NCBI GenBank assembly: GCA_041946805.1
Contig: JBHGBC010000060.1
Location: 1-30,339 of the forward strand
DNA length: 30,339 nt
Direction: 5' to 3'
Source: a bacterium
GTDB taxonomy: Bacteria; Hinthialibacterota; Hinthialibacteria; Hinthialibacterales; Hinthialibacteraceae
In this document: positions 7,472 to 17,630 of the stretch, piece after piece
How positions within the stretch are numbered: position 1 is the stretch's first letter
Layout: each line of letters starts with the position of its first letter
Made by a program: the position numbers and the translations under genes
Notes under the pieces: generated by a model
The model's database searches: none
Told to the model about the DNA's origin: nothing
What the model saw: the letters and a program-made list of their open reading frames with translations, nothing else

Positions 7472-9013
7472 TCAGCCGGTGGACGCGCGTTCATAGAGAG
7501 TGAAGGAGTGCCGGCCCACGGTTCCCTGAAACACGGGACGGTACTCGTTCCGGATTTTGTCCCGGATGGCGGGGAAATCGTCCAGGTTGAACCAGGCATC
7601 CTGCACCACGATCATTTTTCCTGTGTATTTCAAGATCCGCTGCATCTCGTCCTGATATAAGTCTGTATCCCGCAATCCGGGATTGGCTAGTGACCGTTTG
7701 ATGGGCAAGGGGTAGAAATACCGGGATTCGCTTTGGCTTTTAAAATAATATGCTGCCCGGCCGTCGGTCAGATACAACAAGCGGGGCTGCCGGTCCAATT
7801 CGGACTTCGCGCAAAGGTCCCGGTAAAATTCCACGTCCGACCGGCTTTCCTGAATATGCGAAACCGACGACGCCACTGGGAACAGTGAAACCGGCCCGAC
7901 ACACAGCCAGGCCAGGAGATACGGGAATCCCAGGATTACCCCGTTCCAGCGGGATTGAAGCTGGTAACGCCGAACCGCCGCTTGCAGAGCGATCAGCGAT
8001 CCCGCCGCCACCGGCAGCAGTACCGCGAAATGGTACAGGAATCCCTTGCCCTGCAGCACGATCACCGCGCCGGGAACCAGCCAAAGGGACAAGTAAACCG
8101 CCAGCCGCTTCAGATCTTTTTCAAACCAATAGAGTGAAAGCAGAAATCCGGCGATGAATCCTGGAATCAGGAAGGAAATGTGGAAAAAGTACTGCAGATA
8201 AAACTGGTAGATGGTCTGAAGCCGTTGGAACATTTCACCGGCCAGCGAGCGGCCGAATCCCCGGAACGACGACTGAAAGCGGCTGGCGTCGCGGAGATCC
8301 GTGATCTCCTGGGGGATCAGCAGCCAAATCAGGGCCGCCAGCGCCACACTGGAGATCCCGAACGATAAACCCGTCCAAATCAACGGCCTCCGGAATTTTT
8401 CCCGGTATAGCCCTAGAAACAACAACGGAACCAGGCCCAGCAGCCAGGTGATTCCCTTCAACGTGAACAATAGCGATAACACGGCCCCCGCCAATCCGCA
8501 GAGAACCTTGTTTTCGGACAACGCCAATGCCGTGCCCAATATCATCACCAGGGCAGCCACATCCTCGGCCTGAAAGGCGCATTCGTAGGAGAGGGAAAAA
8601 AACGCCGTCCCCAGAAAAAACAGCACGGAGAGCCCCTCCAGCCCCAACCGCCGCCATCCTGGCCGGGCGATCCAGGTGCTGAGGATCAAGATGATCACGA
8701 TCAGCGCGGCGTAGAGGGCCTTGAAAACCAGCTCGAACCGCATTTTGTCGTTGTAATCCGCGAAAATCCGCGTGAATTTGTAGAGAAAGTAGGTCAGGCA
8801 CTTATACCCGATGCCGCGCAAGGTCCATGCCTGGATTACATTGGCCGGGAAAGGGCCGTAAAAATCATCCGCCTGCTGGGCGTAAGCGAGGTTGATCCGC
8901 TGGTCTTCCGCCAGGGGAGTCACCACGTAATTGAGGATCAGAAGCCCCAGCAGGACCGCTCCGGCCAGGATTTTCACGCGGTCAGTCATGGTCCCATCCG
9001 TGGTCATGGCCAT
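7472..9013 (-). CDS. Polytopic membrane protein, probable GT-C fold glycosyltransferase (ArnT/PMT-like)
   Basis: N-terminal TM followed by a loop with DD, about 11-12 further TM segments with QAED and TLKG, YHF near a late TM, and a soluble C-terminal domain. Directly upstream of a DPM1-like GT2. Confidence 0.6.
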   Translation of the reverse strand: MAMTTDGTMTDRVKILAGAVLLGLLILNYVVTPLAEDQRINLAYAQQADDFYGPFPANVIQAWTLRGIGYKCLTYFLYKFTRIFADYNDKMRFELVFKALYAALIVIILILSTWIARPGWRRLGLEGLSVLFFLGTAFFSLSYECAFQAEDVAALVMILGTALALSENKVLCGLAGAVLSLLFTLKGITWLLGLVPLLFLGLYREKFRRPLIWTGLSFGISSVALAALIWLLIPQEITDLRDASRFQSSFRGFGRSLAGEMFQRLQTIYQFYLQYFFHISFLIPGFIAGFLLSLYWFEKDLKRLAVYLSLWLVPGAVIVLQGKGFLYHFAVLLPVAAGSLIALQAAVRRYQLQSRWNGVILGFPYLLAWLCVGPVSLFPVASSVSHIQESRSDVEFYRDLCAKSELDRQPRLLYLTDGRAAYYFKSQSESRYFYPLPIKRSLANPGLRDTDLYQDEMQRILKYTGKMIVVQDAWFNLDDFPAIRDKIRNEYRPVFQGTVGRHSFTLYERASTG

Positions 9014-9052
9014 ATGATATCAAAAACAAATAACCAATCGCTTTCCCCTTCT

Positions 9053-9335
9053 GGGAGGGCGAGGCTCCCGCCAAGGCGAGCGATCCCGTAAGGCTTAATA
9101 GGTGGAGGCAGCTCACCCGAAGGTTTGCCCTCCCGCCCTCACCTTGATTCTCTCCCAGAGGGAGAAGGATTTTTATTTCTGACCTTTCCTTCCCAGGGTG
9201 TGGCCGTGGGCTGGATACTTGCGCGCCGTTGGCGCTTAGAAAATCACTACACCTGGTATATCGCCGCACGTTTCTTTATCTCATGGATCTCCATCCTGCG
9301 CATCCTGTGCATCCTGTGCATCCTGATTCAGACAA
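9053..9335. repeat. Composite cluster of four repeat families
   Basis: Inverted pair gggagggcga (9053-9062) / ttgccctccc (9125-9134); ccctcacc..ctctcccagagggagaagg (9136-9168); cccagggtgtggccgtgggct..cgcgccgttggcgctt (9192-9237); 9-bp tandem CATCCTG[CG/TG/TG/AT] x4 followed by tcagacaa (9292-9335). Confidence 0.8.
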
Positions 9336-9371
9336 GAACGCGTCCTCCATGAAATGACTCTTAACGAACCT

Positions 9372-10022
9372 CTACGGCCACACGTCCAAGGGATTTTCGG
9401 GAATCCCGGCGGGGGGCACCATGCCGCCGGACACGATCATTTTGATGGCGTCCTCCACGCTCAGGTTTAGGGGAATGGTTTCCTCTTCCGGAACCAGGAG
9501 AAACACGCCCGTGGCGGCGTTGGGGGTTTTCGCGATGTACACATAGCAATACTCTTGGCCCCGGACTGGCTGCAGAAGCGTCCGGTCGTGGCCCGTGACG
9601 AATCCCAGGGAATACAGCCCCTTGCGCGGGTACTCCACCAGCACCACGCGTTCAAAAATATTCCGGTGCCGGCCCATCAGGGTGGCCGTGACCTGCTTGA
9701 TGCCGTTGTACAGGTTGGAAATGACCGGCAGGCGGAGGAAGATCTGTTCGACCAGGCTGAACAACTTGCGGCCGAGATACAGCTGGGTCGCGAAACCGAT
9801 CAGGGTGATCAGCGCGAGAGTCAGGAAAAAGCCGATCCCGTACTCGGGCAGGATGTAATTGCGGGCGGAGAGGTAATCCCGGATCCCGGAAGTTTTCACC
9901 AGATGCCGGTACCAGCCGTCGAGCAGATTGAAAATGCTCCAGACGATCCAAATGGTGATCCCCATGGGGACCATCACCAGTAATCCAGCGAGAAAATAAT
10001 TACGGGTTTTTCGGAAAATCAT
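9372..10022 (-). CDS. DUF502 family membrane protein
   Basis: FLAGLLV..P..IT, LPVISNLY..IKQ, VLVEYPRKG.YSLGFVT, TPN..TG and SVEDAIKMIVSGG signature motifs. Confidence 0.92.
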   Translation of the reverse strand: MIFRKTRNYFLAGLLVMVPMGITIWIVWSIFNLLDGWYRHLVKTSGIRDYLSARNYILPEYGIGFFLTLALITLIGFATQLYLGRKLFSLVEQIFLRLPVISNLYNGIKQVTATLMGRHRNIFERVVLVEYPRKGLYSLGFVTGHDRTLLQPVRGQEYCYVYIAKTPNAATGVFLLVPEEETIPLNLSVEDAIKMIVSGGMVPPAGIPENPLDVWP

Positions 10023-10075
10023 GTTGGCTTTTTCAGCGCCGCGGCTGTCCGGCAGGAATCATCAATTCCATCGTC

Positions 10076-11530
10076 TCAGGCCTCGGCGTTGTCCGGCGGA
10101 ACCGGAGCGGATTCATCCGGTTCCGGTTCGATCCGCGCGATTTTCACCCGGTTGATGCGCAGTTCGTTGGAATCCAACACGGTGAACCGGTGGCCCTTGA
10201 ATTCGATTTCCTCGCCCACTTCCGGGACATCTCCCTGTTGGCTGGAGAGAAATCCCCCCAGGGTTTCCACGTCTTCCTCGGGAAAGTCGATGCCCAGGAC
10301 CTCGGACAGGATATCCAGGTTGATCTTGGCGTCGGCGATCAGGGTCCCGTCCGGCTGTGTTTCATATTCCAGCGGTTCCTGGTCGTATTCATCCTGGATG
10401 TCGCCCACGATTTCTTCCAGCACGTCCTCGATGGTGACCAGCCCGGCCGTCAGGCCGTACTCATCCACCACCATGGCCATGTGGTTTTTCCTTTTCTTGA
10501 AGGTTTCCAGCAAGTCGCTGACCCGCTTGGTCTTGGGAACGAAGAGAGCGGGACGCAGGATTTCCCGGAGATTGAAGGGCTGTTCCTCGTTCATCACGCG
10601 CAACAGGTCCTTGACATAGAGAATGCCCACGATCCGGTCGATGTTGTTTTCATAAACGGGAATGCGCGAATGTCCCTTGTGGATCGCCTCGTCCCGCGCT
10701 TCTTCCAGGGTCACATCGGCGGGGATGGCTTGCACGTCGACCCGCGGGGTCATGATCTCCTTCACCAGCGTGTCGCCGAACTCAATGATGCTGTGGATCA
10801 TCTCCCGCTCTTCTTCCTCGAGCACGCCTTCCTTTTCACTCACTTCGATCAGAGTGCGGATGTCTTCCTCGGTCAGCAGCGGCACTTCCTTGATCGCCTG
10901 GCCGCCCAGCAGCCGGATGATGGTGCTGGAAAGGAATAGAAATGTTCCGATGAAGGGGCGCAGGATCCGGTACATCCATTCCAGCGGTCCCACGGCCAGG
11001 AGGGAGATGCGCGACGCGTGTTCGCGGCTGTAGGTTTTGGGGACGATCTCGCCGAAAACCAGCAGCACAAAGGTGGTGCCCGCCACCGCCAAGGCCGATC
11101 CCAAGGCCTGGGGGCTGGAGAAATTGAAATAATCCAGCAACACCCGCTCGCAAATATTGGCGGCGATGACCGAGGCCACGATGTTGACGAAGTTGTTGCC
11201 GACCAGGATGGTGACCAGGAACCGGTTGGGATCCTTCAGCCACGGTTCCAATTTTTTGTATTGTTCTTCCCCCTCCACGAACAAGCGTTTCACCCGGATC
11301 TTCGACATCGAGGTCAAAGCCGTTTCCGCGCTGGAAAAAAAAGCGGACATGACCAAACAGGCCAGGAAAACCAGGCCGAGCGTCAGCAACATGAGGATAC
11401 GGTTGGAGTCAAGCGCCTCTCCCGGTACCGCCATTATCGCGCCGGTGGCGCTGGAAATCATCCGCGAGGCGCTATCTAGGCCGTCTTGATTCATGGTTGT
11501 CCCTGCCGTATGGGATGGTACGCAGGTCAT
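10076..11530 (-). CDS. CNNM/CorB-type (hemolysin family) membrane protein: DUF21 + CBS pair + CorC_HlyC
   Basis: SAFFSSAETAL, FGEIVPK, IMTPRVD, HSRIPVY, VDEYG.TAGLVTIEDVLEEIVGDIQDEYD. The ATG overlaps the ybeY stop (ATGA, 11527-11530); the true start could be further downstream. Confidence 0.93.
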   Translation of the reverse strand: MTCVPSHTAGTTMNQDGLDSASRMISSATGAIMAVPGEALDSNRILMLLTLGLVFLACLVMSAFFSSAETALTSMSKIRVKRLFVEGEEQYKKLEPWLKDPNRFLVTILVGNNFVNIVASVIAANICERVLLDYFNFSSPQALGSALAVAGTTFVLLVFGEIVPKTYSREHASRISLLAVGPLEWMYRILRPFIGTFLFLSSTIIRLLGGQAIKEVPLLTEEDIRTLIEVSEKEGVLEEEEREMIHSIIEFGDTLVKEIMTPRVDVQAIPADVTLEEARDEAIHKGHSRIPVYENNIDRIVGILYVKDLLRVMNEEQPFNLREILRPALFVPKTKRVSDLLETFKKRKNHMAMVVDEYGLTAGLVTIEDVLEEIVGDIQDEYDQEPLEYETQPDGTLIADAKINLDILSEVLGIDFPEEDVETLGGFLSSQQGDVPEVGEEIEFKGHRFTVLDSNELRINRVKIARIEPEPDESAPVPPDNAEA

Positions 11531-12027
11531 CCTCCCTTCTCGTCTCGTTTGGATTCAGGAGGGGCGTCAATGAGTCCCTTGGGTATATAGGACAAGCCCC
11601 GCTCTTTTAACTTCCGAATCAGTTCCTCTTCCGCCTGGCGCCACCTGGAAGGATCGTCTTGCTCGTGATCGTACCCGGCCAGATGCAGGAAACCGTGGAA
11701 GATCAACTCGTCGATTTCATCCGCTTCCGTATGGCCATAGGTTGTGGCCTGACGCCGGGCTGTGTCCAAGGAAATCACGATATCCCCCAAGGCATAATCC
11801 TGCCCCACCGGTTCTCCTTCCCGCAGAGGAAAGGAGAGCACGTCCGTGGGCGAGTCGATACCCCGGTACGCGCGGTTCAACCGCCGGATGGATTCGTCGT
11901 CCACCAGGGAGATGCTGAGTTCCGCATCCAACTCGCCGGCGGCTTCCAGCAATTGCCGGGCGAATTCTTCCACCCGTGCGGCCGATACTACCGGCGCCTT
12001 TTCACAAACATCCACCCAGACCATCAT
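11527..12027 (-). CDS. ybeY: rRNA maturation endoribonuclease YbeY
   Basis: LN..YRG.DSPTDVLSF, LGDIVIS and the zinc motif HGFLHLAGYDH. Confidence 0.96.
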   Translation of the reverse strand: MMVWVDVCEKAPVVSAARVEEFARQLLEAAGELDAELSISLVDDESIRRLNRAYRGIDSPTDVLSFPLREGEPVGQDYALGDIVISLDTARRQATTYGHTEADEIDELIFHGFLHLAGYDHEQDDPSRWRQAEEELIRKLKERGLSYIPKGLIDAPPESKRDEKGG

Positions 12028-12171
12028 GGATTGGCCTCAATACCAGCCGGGCCTCCAGATTGGGGAGTTTCCCTCCGCGGGATTATCGAAGATGTCAAAA
12101 ACAACGATCCATCCTTCCCCATTTCATCCTATCCCACGCGGCCGGCTTCCGGTGATGGGCCCGAAAGCCCT

Positions 12172-14730
12172 TTACCGCGGTTTGAACGCCAGGGCCGCGC
12201 CGGCCGGCTTGTTCGTGTCCGCCGGATCCCGGGATTTGACCGCTTTTCCCCCGGGCAGATCCCCTTTTTTCGTCTCCGCCGCGATGGGCAGGAGGGCGGA
12301 TTTCTCTCCGCCCGTCTCCTTGTCCTTGGGGAACGAGCTGGCGGGATACACGATCCGCTGGTGTAACATATGCAGGATCGTGTCCGAAAAACTCACTTCC
12401 AACGTATGCAAATCCTTCAGAGTCAAGTTGCATTCATCGAACTGTTCGTCCATGAACCGCTCGTTAATGATCTTGCGCACCAGGGTCCGCACTTCCCGCT
12501 CATTGGCGTTCTCCAACGTGCGCGAGGCGGCCTCCAGCGCGTCCGCCAGCATGGTGATGGCGGTTTCCTTGGACTGCGGCTTGGGACCCGGATACCGGAA
12601 ATCATCCTCCCGCACCGTCCCTTCCGCCCCCTGGGCCTCCAGCGCTTGATGATAGAAATAGCTCATCAAGGTGGTGCCGTGGTGTTCCGGGATGAACCGG
12701 ATAATCACCGGGGGCAGGTTGTACTTCTCCGCCAGCTCGATTCCGTGCTTGACATGGCTGCGGATGATGAGGCAGCTCATGTTGATCGAGAGTTTGGCAT
12801 GCTTGGCCTTGTCGGCGCTGGACTGCTGGTTCTCGACAAAGTACTGGGACGAAACGATCTTGCCGATGTCATGATAATAACAACCCACGCGGGTCAGCAA
12901 GGCGTTGGCGCCAATGGCTTCCGCCGCCGACTCCGCCATGGTGGCCACCCGCATGGTGTGCTGGTACGAGCCGGGAGCCTCCTGCTCGAGCCGCTGGAGC
13001 AGTTCGTTCTTCTGGCTTAACTCCAACAGCTTCATGTCGGTGACCACGCCGTAAAAGTCTTCGAAAATGGGCAACAACGCCATGGACAAGATGGAAACCA
13101 GCCCGCCATTGACCGCCCCCCAGATAAGCGCCCATTTTAGTTCTTCCGCCTGCTGAAGCAAATGCTCGTAGCTTTTATAGTTGTTGAGCGACAACGCGAC
13201 GATCAGCACGCAGGCGAGGATGATGGCGATGCCGCCCGCCCGGTACAAATCGCTGCGCTGGCGGATGCGGGTGACGGTGTAGATCGCGGCGAAGGCGGTG
13301 AGGAACGCGACCAGCACGTAATTCAGCGTCGGTTGGCCGGTTCCCCCGCTTAGAATGATGCCCATGTACACCGATGAGATCCCGCAGCAAAAGAGCGCCA
13401 GGCGCGAGTGGATCAGCAAGGTCAATATCACCCCCAGCGCCCCCAAGGGAACCGCGTAACCCACATAGGTCAACCGCTGGCTGCCCAGGTCCAGCAAGGA
13501 CACGTGCACGGCGATCCGGGTCAGGCAAAAGATCATGATCACGCCCAAAAAAATCACGGAGATTTTTCGCGTGTCCTGCACGATTTCCGGGTCAAAGAAT
13601 TGCACATATTTCAACAAGGTTCCCACAAGCAGCAACGCCAGCAGCAAATACCCCACTTCCGCGATGAGGGAGATCCGCATCTGGTTGGCCAGGGCCTGCA
13701 GCCGTTGCAGGTCCAGATCGGTGACGATGTCGTTCTTCCCGATCAGCGTGTCTTCTTTTTTCACGGAAACGACGATCGGTTCCACGCTGTCCCGGGCCGC
13801 CTGGCGCCGCTCCTCGGTTACTTGTTTCTGATAGGCCAGGGTGGGGCCGGTGTAGGCGGCGCGCGCCAAGTCCATGGCCAGCTCCCGCGCGGCGAAATCC
13901 TTTACCGGGTCGGGAAAGTCCTGGTTGATCAATTCCTGGAACCGCTGATAAAATTCCACTTGCGTACGGATTTCCTGGGGCGGGACGGCCACCCGGCTGC
14001 CATCCGGGTTGACCAGCATCACCAGCACCGCCAGGCGGGTGGTTTCGGGCGGGCTTTCCCCTTGGCGGGATTCCATCAAGAGGGGGGAATTATCGTCGGC
14101 GATCCCCCGGCCGGCGGCGGCCGGAATCCGCGCGGCGATGGACTTCCACAGGGGTTCGAAATCCCGGTAGAACGCGAGGGCGGCATAGGTCGACCGGGGG
14201 ACGTCATCGGGGATCTCCTCCGCCGCTTCGTACACGCGGCCGGCCAGGGTGAATCCGGCCTGTTGCAGAACGGTCTCCGCCCAGGCATTGACATCGCCCT
14301 CGCCCGGGAAGGGAATGGCTTTCACGGTTTCGGCCAGGAATTGCAGTTTCTGAAGGAACCGGGTCAGATTTTCCGGGTGCGCGGCATAGACGGGCGAAAC
14401 CCGGGCCTCTGCTTCCCGCATCCGGGCTGTAGTTGTGATCTGATCAACATAATCGAATTCGAAAGGGGCGGAGACCATCCGCGGGGACGGCTGATTCAAT
14501 CGGAAGCCGCTCAAATCGATGACCGCCAGCGGCCGGATCATCAGGTAGATGATCAGGGTGGTCAGGACCAGCACGCTGTAATACACGATCTGGTCCTGAT
14601 AGACGCCGCCCAGCCCGGTCAGGCGTTCCCGGAAGGAGATCGGCTTTTTCCGGGGCTCTTTGCCCCGCTTTTTATCGTTGACGCGCACGTTCGTATTCAT
14701 GGTTTGAGGGACAAGGCCGGCGCCGCTCAC
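12172..14730 (-). CDS. pgpH: 7TM-HD (HDIG) membrane phosphohydrolase, PgpH-type cyclic-di-AMP phosphodiesterase
   Basis: N-terminal TM, large extracytoplasmic domain, multi-TM block, then HD domain APGSYQH, YYHDIGK, YFVENQ, EHHGT, FRYPGPKPQSKE, LADALEAASR. Canonical position between phoH and ybeY; GTGA overlap with the phoH stop (alternative ATG at 14700). Confidence 0.9.
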   Translation of the reverse strand: MSGAGLVPQTMNTNVRVNDKKRGKEPRKKPISFRERLTGLGGVYQDQIVYYSVLVLTTLIIYLMIRPLAVIDLSGFRLNQPSPRMVSAPFEFDYVDQITTTARMREAEARVSPVYAAHPENLTRFLQKLQFLAETVKAIPFPGEGDVNAWAETVLQQAGFTLAGRVYEAAEEIPDDVPRSTYAALAFYRDFEPLWKSIAARIPAAAGRGIADDNSPLLMESRQGESPPETTRLAVLVMLVNPDGSRVAVPPQEIRTQVEFYQRFQELINQDFPDPVKDFAARELAMDLARAAYTGPTLAYQKQVTEERRQAARDSVEPIVVSVKKEDTLIGKNDIVTDLDLQRLQALANQMRISLIAEVGYLLLALLLVGTLLKYVQFFDPEIVQDTRKISVIFLGVIMIFCLTRIAVHVSLLDLGSQRLTYVGYAVPLGALGVILTLLIHSRLALFCCGISSVYMGIILSGGTGQPTLNYVLVAFLTAFAAIYTVTRIRQRSDLYRAGGIAIILACVLIVALSLNNYKSYEHLLQQAEELKWALIWGAVNGGLVSILSMALLPIFEDFYGVVTDMKLLELSQKNELLQRLEQEAPGSYQHTMRVATMAESAAEAIGANALLTRVGCYYHDIGKIVSSQYFVENQQSSADKAKHAKLSINMSCLIIRSHVKHGIELAEKYNLPPVIIRFIPEHHGTTLMSYFYHQALEAQGAEGTVREDDFRYPGPKPQSKETAITMLADALEAASRTLENANEREVRTLVRKIINERFMDEQFDECNLTLKDLHTLEVSFSDTILHMLHQRIVYPASSFPKDKETGGEKSALLPIAAETKKGDLPGGKAVKSRDPADTNKPAGAALAFKPR

Positions 14731-15755
14731 GCATCCCGGGAGGCCGCGGCCGGCTCGTCCGGGCGGCCGTTTCTCGCCTCCTGGCTTTGTTCCTCATAGG
14801 CGGCCACAATTTTCTGCACGAGGGGATGCCGGACGATGTCTTGTTTGGTCAGGTGGACGAACGAGATCCCCTCCACGTGGCGCAGCAGATCGATGACTTC
14901 CACCAGGCCGCTTTTCTTGCCGTTGGGCAGATCGATTTGCGTGATATCCCCCGTGATGACCGCCTTGCTGTCGAATCCCAGGCGGGTGAGGAACATCTTC
15001 ATCTGTTCCGGCGTGGTGTTTTGCGCCTCGTCGAGAATGATAAACGAACCGTTCAGCGTGCGCCCGCGCATGTAGGCCAGCGGCGCGATTTCCACGATCC
15101 GCTGCTCGATGTATTTCAGCACCAGGTCCGGGCTGAGCATGTCGTGCAGGGCGTCGTACAGGGGGCGCAGGAAGGGATCGACCTTGGCCTGCAGGTCGCC
15201 GGGCAGGTAGCCCAGCGATTCTCCGGCTTCCACCGCCGGCCGGGCGAGGATGATGCGCCGGACCTGCTTGCGCATCAGGGCCGACACCGCCAGAGCCACC
15301 GCCAGGTAGGTCTTGCCCGTGCCTGCCGGCCCGATCCCGAACACCACGTCGTGCTGCGCCATGGCGTTGATGTATTTCCGCTGCCCCATCGTCCGGGGTT
15401 TGATCACTCCTTTCCGCCCCCGCAAGGGGGTGAGCACTGGGGTGTATTCCTCCTCCAGGGCGGGAACCGCGGGTTGACGCGCGTACGAGAGGATATATTC
15501 CACGTCGCGGCGGGAAACCGGCTCGCCGTTCCGGAGCAGCTTGAGCATTTCCTCGAACGAGGAGACCACTTCCGCCACTTCCCCCGCGGGCCCGGTGACC
15601 TGAATGGTATCCCCCCGGGCTACGATCCGGGCCTGGAAACGCTCGCGCATCAGGCGCAGGTTTTCATCCCGGACCCCGAAAAGGTTTTGGCTCTCTTCGG
15701 CATTGATCAGCTGGATGGTCTGTTGGATCTCTTGAGAAGTTACAGGTGCTTGCAT
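14727..15755 (-). CDS. phoH: PhoH family ATPase with N-terminal KH-like domain
   Basis: [11 protein letters not shown]alker [47 protein letters not shown]. Confidence 0.96.
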   Translation of the reverse strand: MQAPVTSQEIQQTIQLINAEESQNLFGVRDENLRLMRERFQARIVARGDTIQVTGPAGEVAEVVSSFEEMLKLLRNGEPVSRRDVEYILSYARQPAVPALEEEYTPVLTPLRGRKGVIKPRTMGQRKYINAMAQHDVVFGIGPAGTGKTYLAVALAVSALMRKQVRRIILARPAVEAGESLGYLPGDLQAKVDPFLRPLYDALHDMLSPDLVLKYIEQRIVEIAPLAYMRGRTLNGSFIILDEAQNTTPEQMKMFLTRLGFDSKAVITGDITQIDLPNGKKSGLVEVIDLLRHVEGISFVHLTKQDIVRHPLVQKIVAAYEEQSQEARNGRPDEPAAASRDA

Positions 15756-16118
15756 CGTCTAGTTTCTTGGAAATCTGCCTCCTGAAACGGTATTCACCGG
15801 TACGTCGCGCTGGATGGATGCGATGAGAACGCGAAAAAACTGGGTAAGAAATGGATCGAATCCGGAACCAGGTGAGGAGAGGAGGGAATCACCGGGCTTT
15901 TTCACCGTGCAAACAGAGAAATACCATCTCTTCTTCCGCCGGGCAGACGGAATCGAAATACCGGAAGGATCTCCCGCGCTGGACCGGCGCGGATACCGGG
16001 GTTGCCAACATGGAAGTCGCTTCTCCTCCGGCCATACGCCTGAGTGAGGCTTATCGCCTGGGCCGCCGCCTACCTTTTTCATTCCTGAAGTCTACTCACC
16101 GGGGAACGCCTTGTCAAT

Positions 16119-17630
16119 TTATCTACCCGGAGCCCCTTCCCGCGCGATCCGGCTCTCGATCGCCCCGGTCAAGGTTCTCAGGGCCTTCACCCGGGCCCAA
16201 AGTTTACAATTTCCTTCCAAGATGGTCCACGGCGCGTAATTGGTGCTCGTGCGCTCGATCATCTCATTGACCGCCGTGGCGTACAAGTCCCACTTTTCCC
16301 GGTTCCGGTAATCCTCCTCGGTCAGTTTGTACTGCTTGTGGGGTGTATTTTTCCGTTCTTCGAACCGCCGCCATTGCTCGTCCTTGCTGATGTGAATCCA
16401 GAACTTCACCATGACTGTGCCAAAATGAGCCAGGTGCCGCTCGAATTCGTTGATCTCGTAATACGCCCGTTTCCACTCTTCCTCGGTGCAGAATCCCTCA
16501 ATCCGCTCCACCAGCACCCGCTCGTACCATGACCGGTCGAAAATGGCGAAATGCCCCGCCTTGGGCAGCTGCTTCCAGAAACGCCATAAATAATGGTGCG
16601 TGGCCTCGTCTCCCTTGGGGGCGGAGATGGGGATCACCGTGTATCCCCGCGGATCCAACTCCTGGGTTATACGCTTGATATTACCCCCTTTTCCCGCGGC
16701 GTCCCACCCCATGTACACGATGACCACCGGTATCCGGTGTTCGTAGCACGCGAATTCCAATTCCCGCAGCCGCTTTTGATATTTCTCCTTTTCTCCCTCG
16801 TATTCCTCACGGCTCAGGGTTAAGCGGAGGTCCACCCGGTCCAACAGCGAGACGGTCTCCGGCGGGTGGACCTCGCTGGAAGTGGGCTGGGAGATGATTG
16901 CGTGATTCGAAACGCGGGGTTCCCGCATTCGACGCTTGAGAGTTTCGGTGATCGTCCGCAGCACATGGATCCGGCGGAAATACGGATCGTCGGCGGGAAC
17001 GAGGGTCCAGGGCGCGTAGGGGGTATCAGTCTCCCCCAGCAGTTCATCGGCGATGGCGTTGTACCGGCCGTACCGCTTGTGCGCCCGCCAATCGGCCTTG
17101 GATATCCGCCATCCCTCATACTTGCTTTTTTCAATCTTCTGGAAGCGCTTTTTCTGCTCCTTTTTGGATACCTGCAGCCAGAACTTGATGAGGAGGGTCC
17201 CATCGTCCACCAACTGCCGCTCGAATTGCTTGATCTCCTCCTTCCGCTCGTTCCAGGCCTTGTCCTTCACGGTTCCTTCCACCCGTCCGGCCAGGGCCGG
17301 CATGTACCAGGAGCGGTCGAAAATCCCAATTTCCCCCTTGCCGGGGATTCTCAGCCAGAAACGCCGCAGCGGGGGGCGCAGTTGCTCCTCGGGCGCCGGC
17401 TCCATGGGAGTGAGTTCCACTTTGAATCCCCGGGGATCCAGCGGTTCCACCACCAGGCGGATGCTGTCGCCCTTGCCCGAAGCTTCCAGCCCTTCGAAGA
17501 GGATCAACACCGGCCGCTGGGCCTCGAGGATCTCCCGCTGCAGGTCGCGTAACGTCTCCTTGAGCGGGGCGATATATTCCTTGTATTTCTCCTTCGTCAG
17601 TTTTTGTGACAGATCCAGGCTGCTCAACAT
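16119..17630 (-). CDS. pap: Polyphosphate:AMP phosphotransferase (two-domain PPK2, class II)
   Basis: Two PPK2 domains: degenerate N-terminal Walker A GLEASGKG and intact C-terminal GWDAAGKGG, each followed by LDPRG and FDRSWY. Confidence 0.92.
   Translation of the reverse strand: MLSSLDLSQKLTKEKYKEYIAPLKETLRDLQREILEAQRPVLILFEGLEASGKGDSIRLVVEPLDPRGFKVELTPMEPAPEEQLRPPLRRFWLRIPGKGEIGIFDRSWYMPALAGRVEGTVKDKAWNERKEEIKQFERQLVDDGTLLIKFWLQVSKKEQKKRFQKIEKSKYEGWRISKADWRAHKRYGRYNAIADELLGETDTPYAPWTLVPADDPYFRRIHVLRTITETLKRRMREPRVSNHAIISQPTSSEVHPPETVSLLDRVDLRLTLSREEYEGEKEKYQKRLRELEFACYEHRIPVVIVYMGWDAAGKGGNIKRITQELDPRGYTVIPISAPKGDEATHHYLWRFWKQLPKAGHFAIFDRSWYERVLVERIEGFCTEEEWKRAYYEINEFERHLAHFGTVMVKFWIHISKDEQWRRFEERKNTPHKQYKLTEEDYRNREKWDLYATAVNEMIERTSTNYAPWTILEGNCKLWARVKALRTLTGAIESRIAREGAPGR

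Noticed and set aside
9292..9335. Short tandem repeats here, at 24837-24907 and at 30288-30324 as CRISPR candidates
   Set aside because: Units are 9-22 bp with no unique 30-40 bp spacers and no cas genes
13408..15785. Long plus-strand ORFs (463 aa and 332 aa) opposite pgpH and phoH; similar ones occur opposite purH, CNNM, pap and tgt
   Set aside because: Typical GC-rich antisense shadows with no recognisable motifs
15759..16082. 107-aa minus-strand ORF between pap and phoH
   Set aside because: No recognisable motif and atypical composition; more likely promoter/UTR DNA
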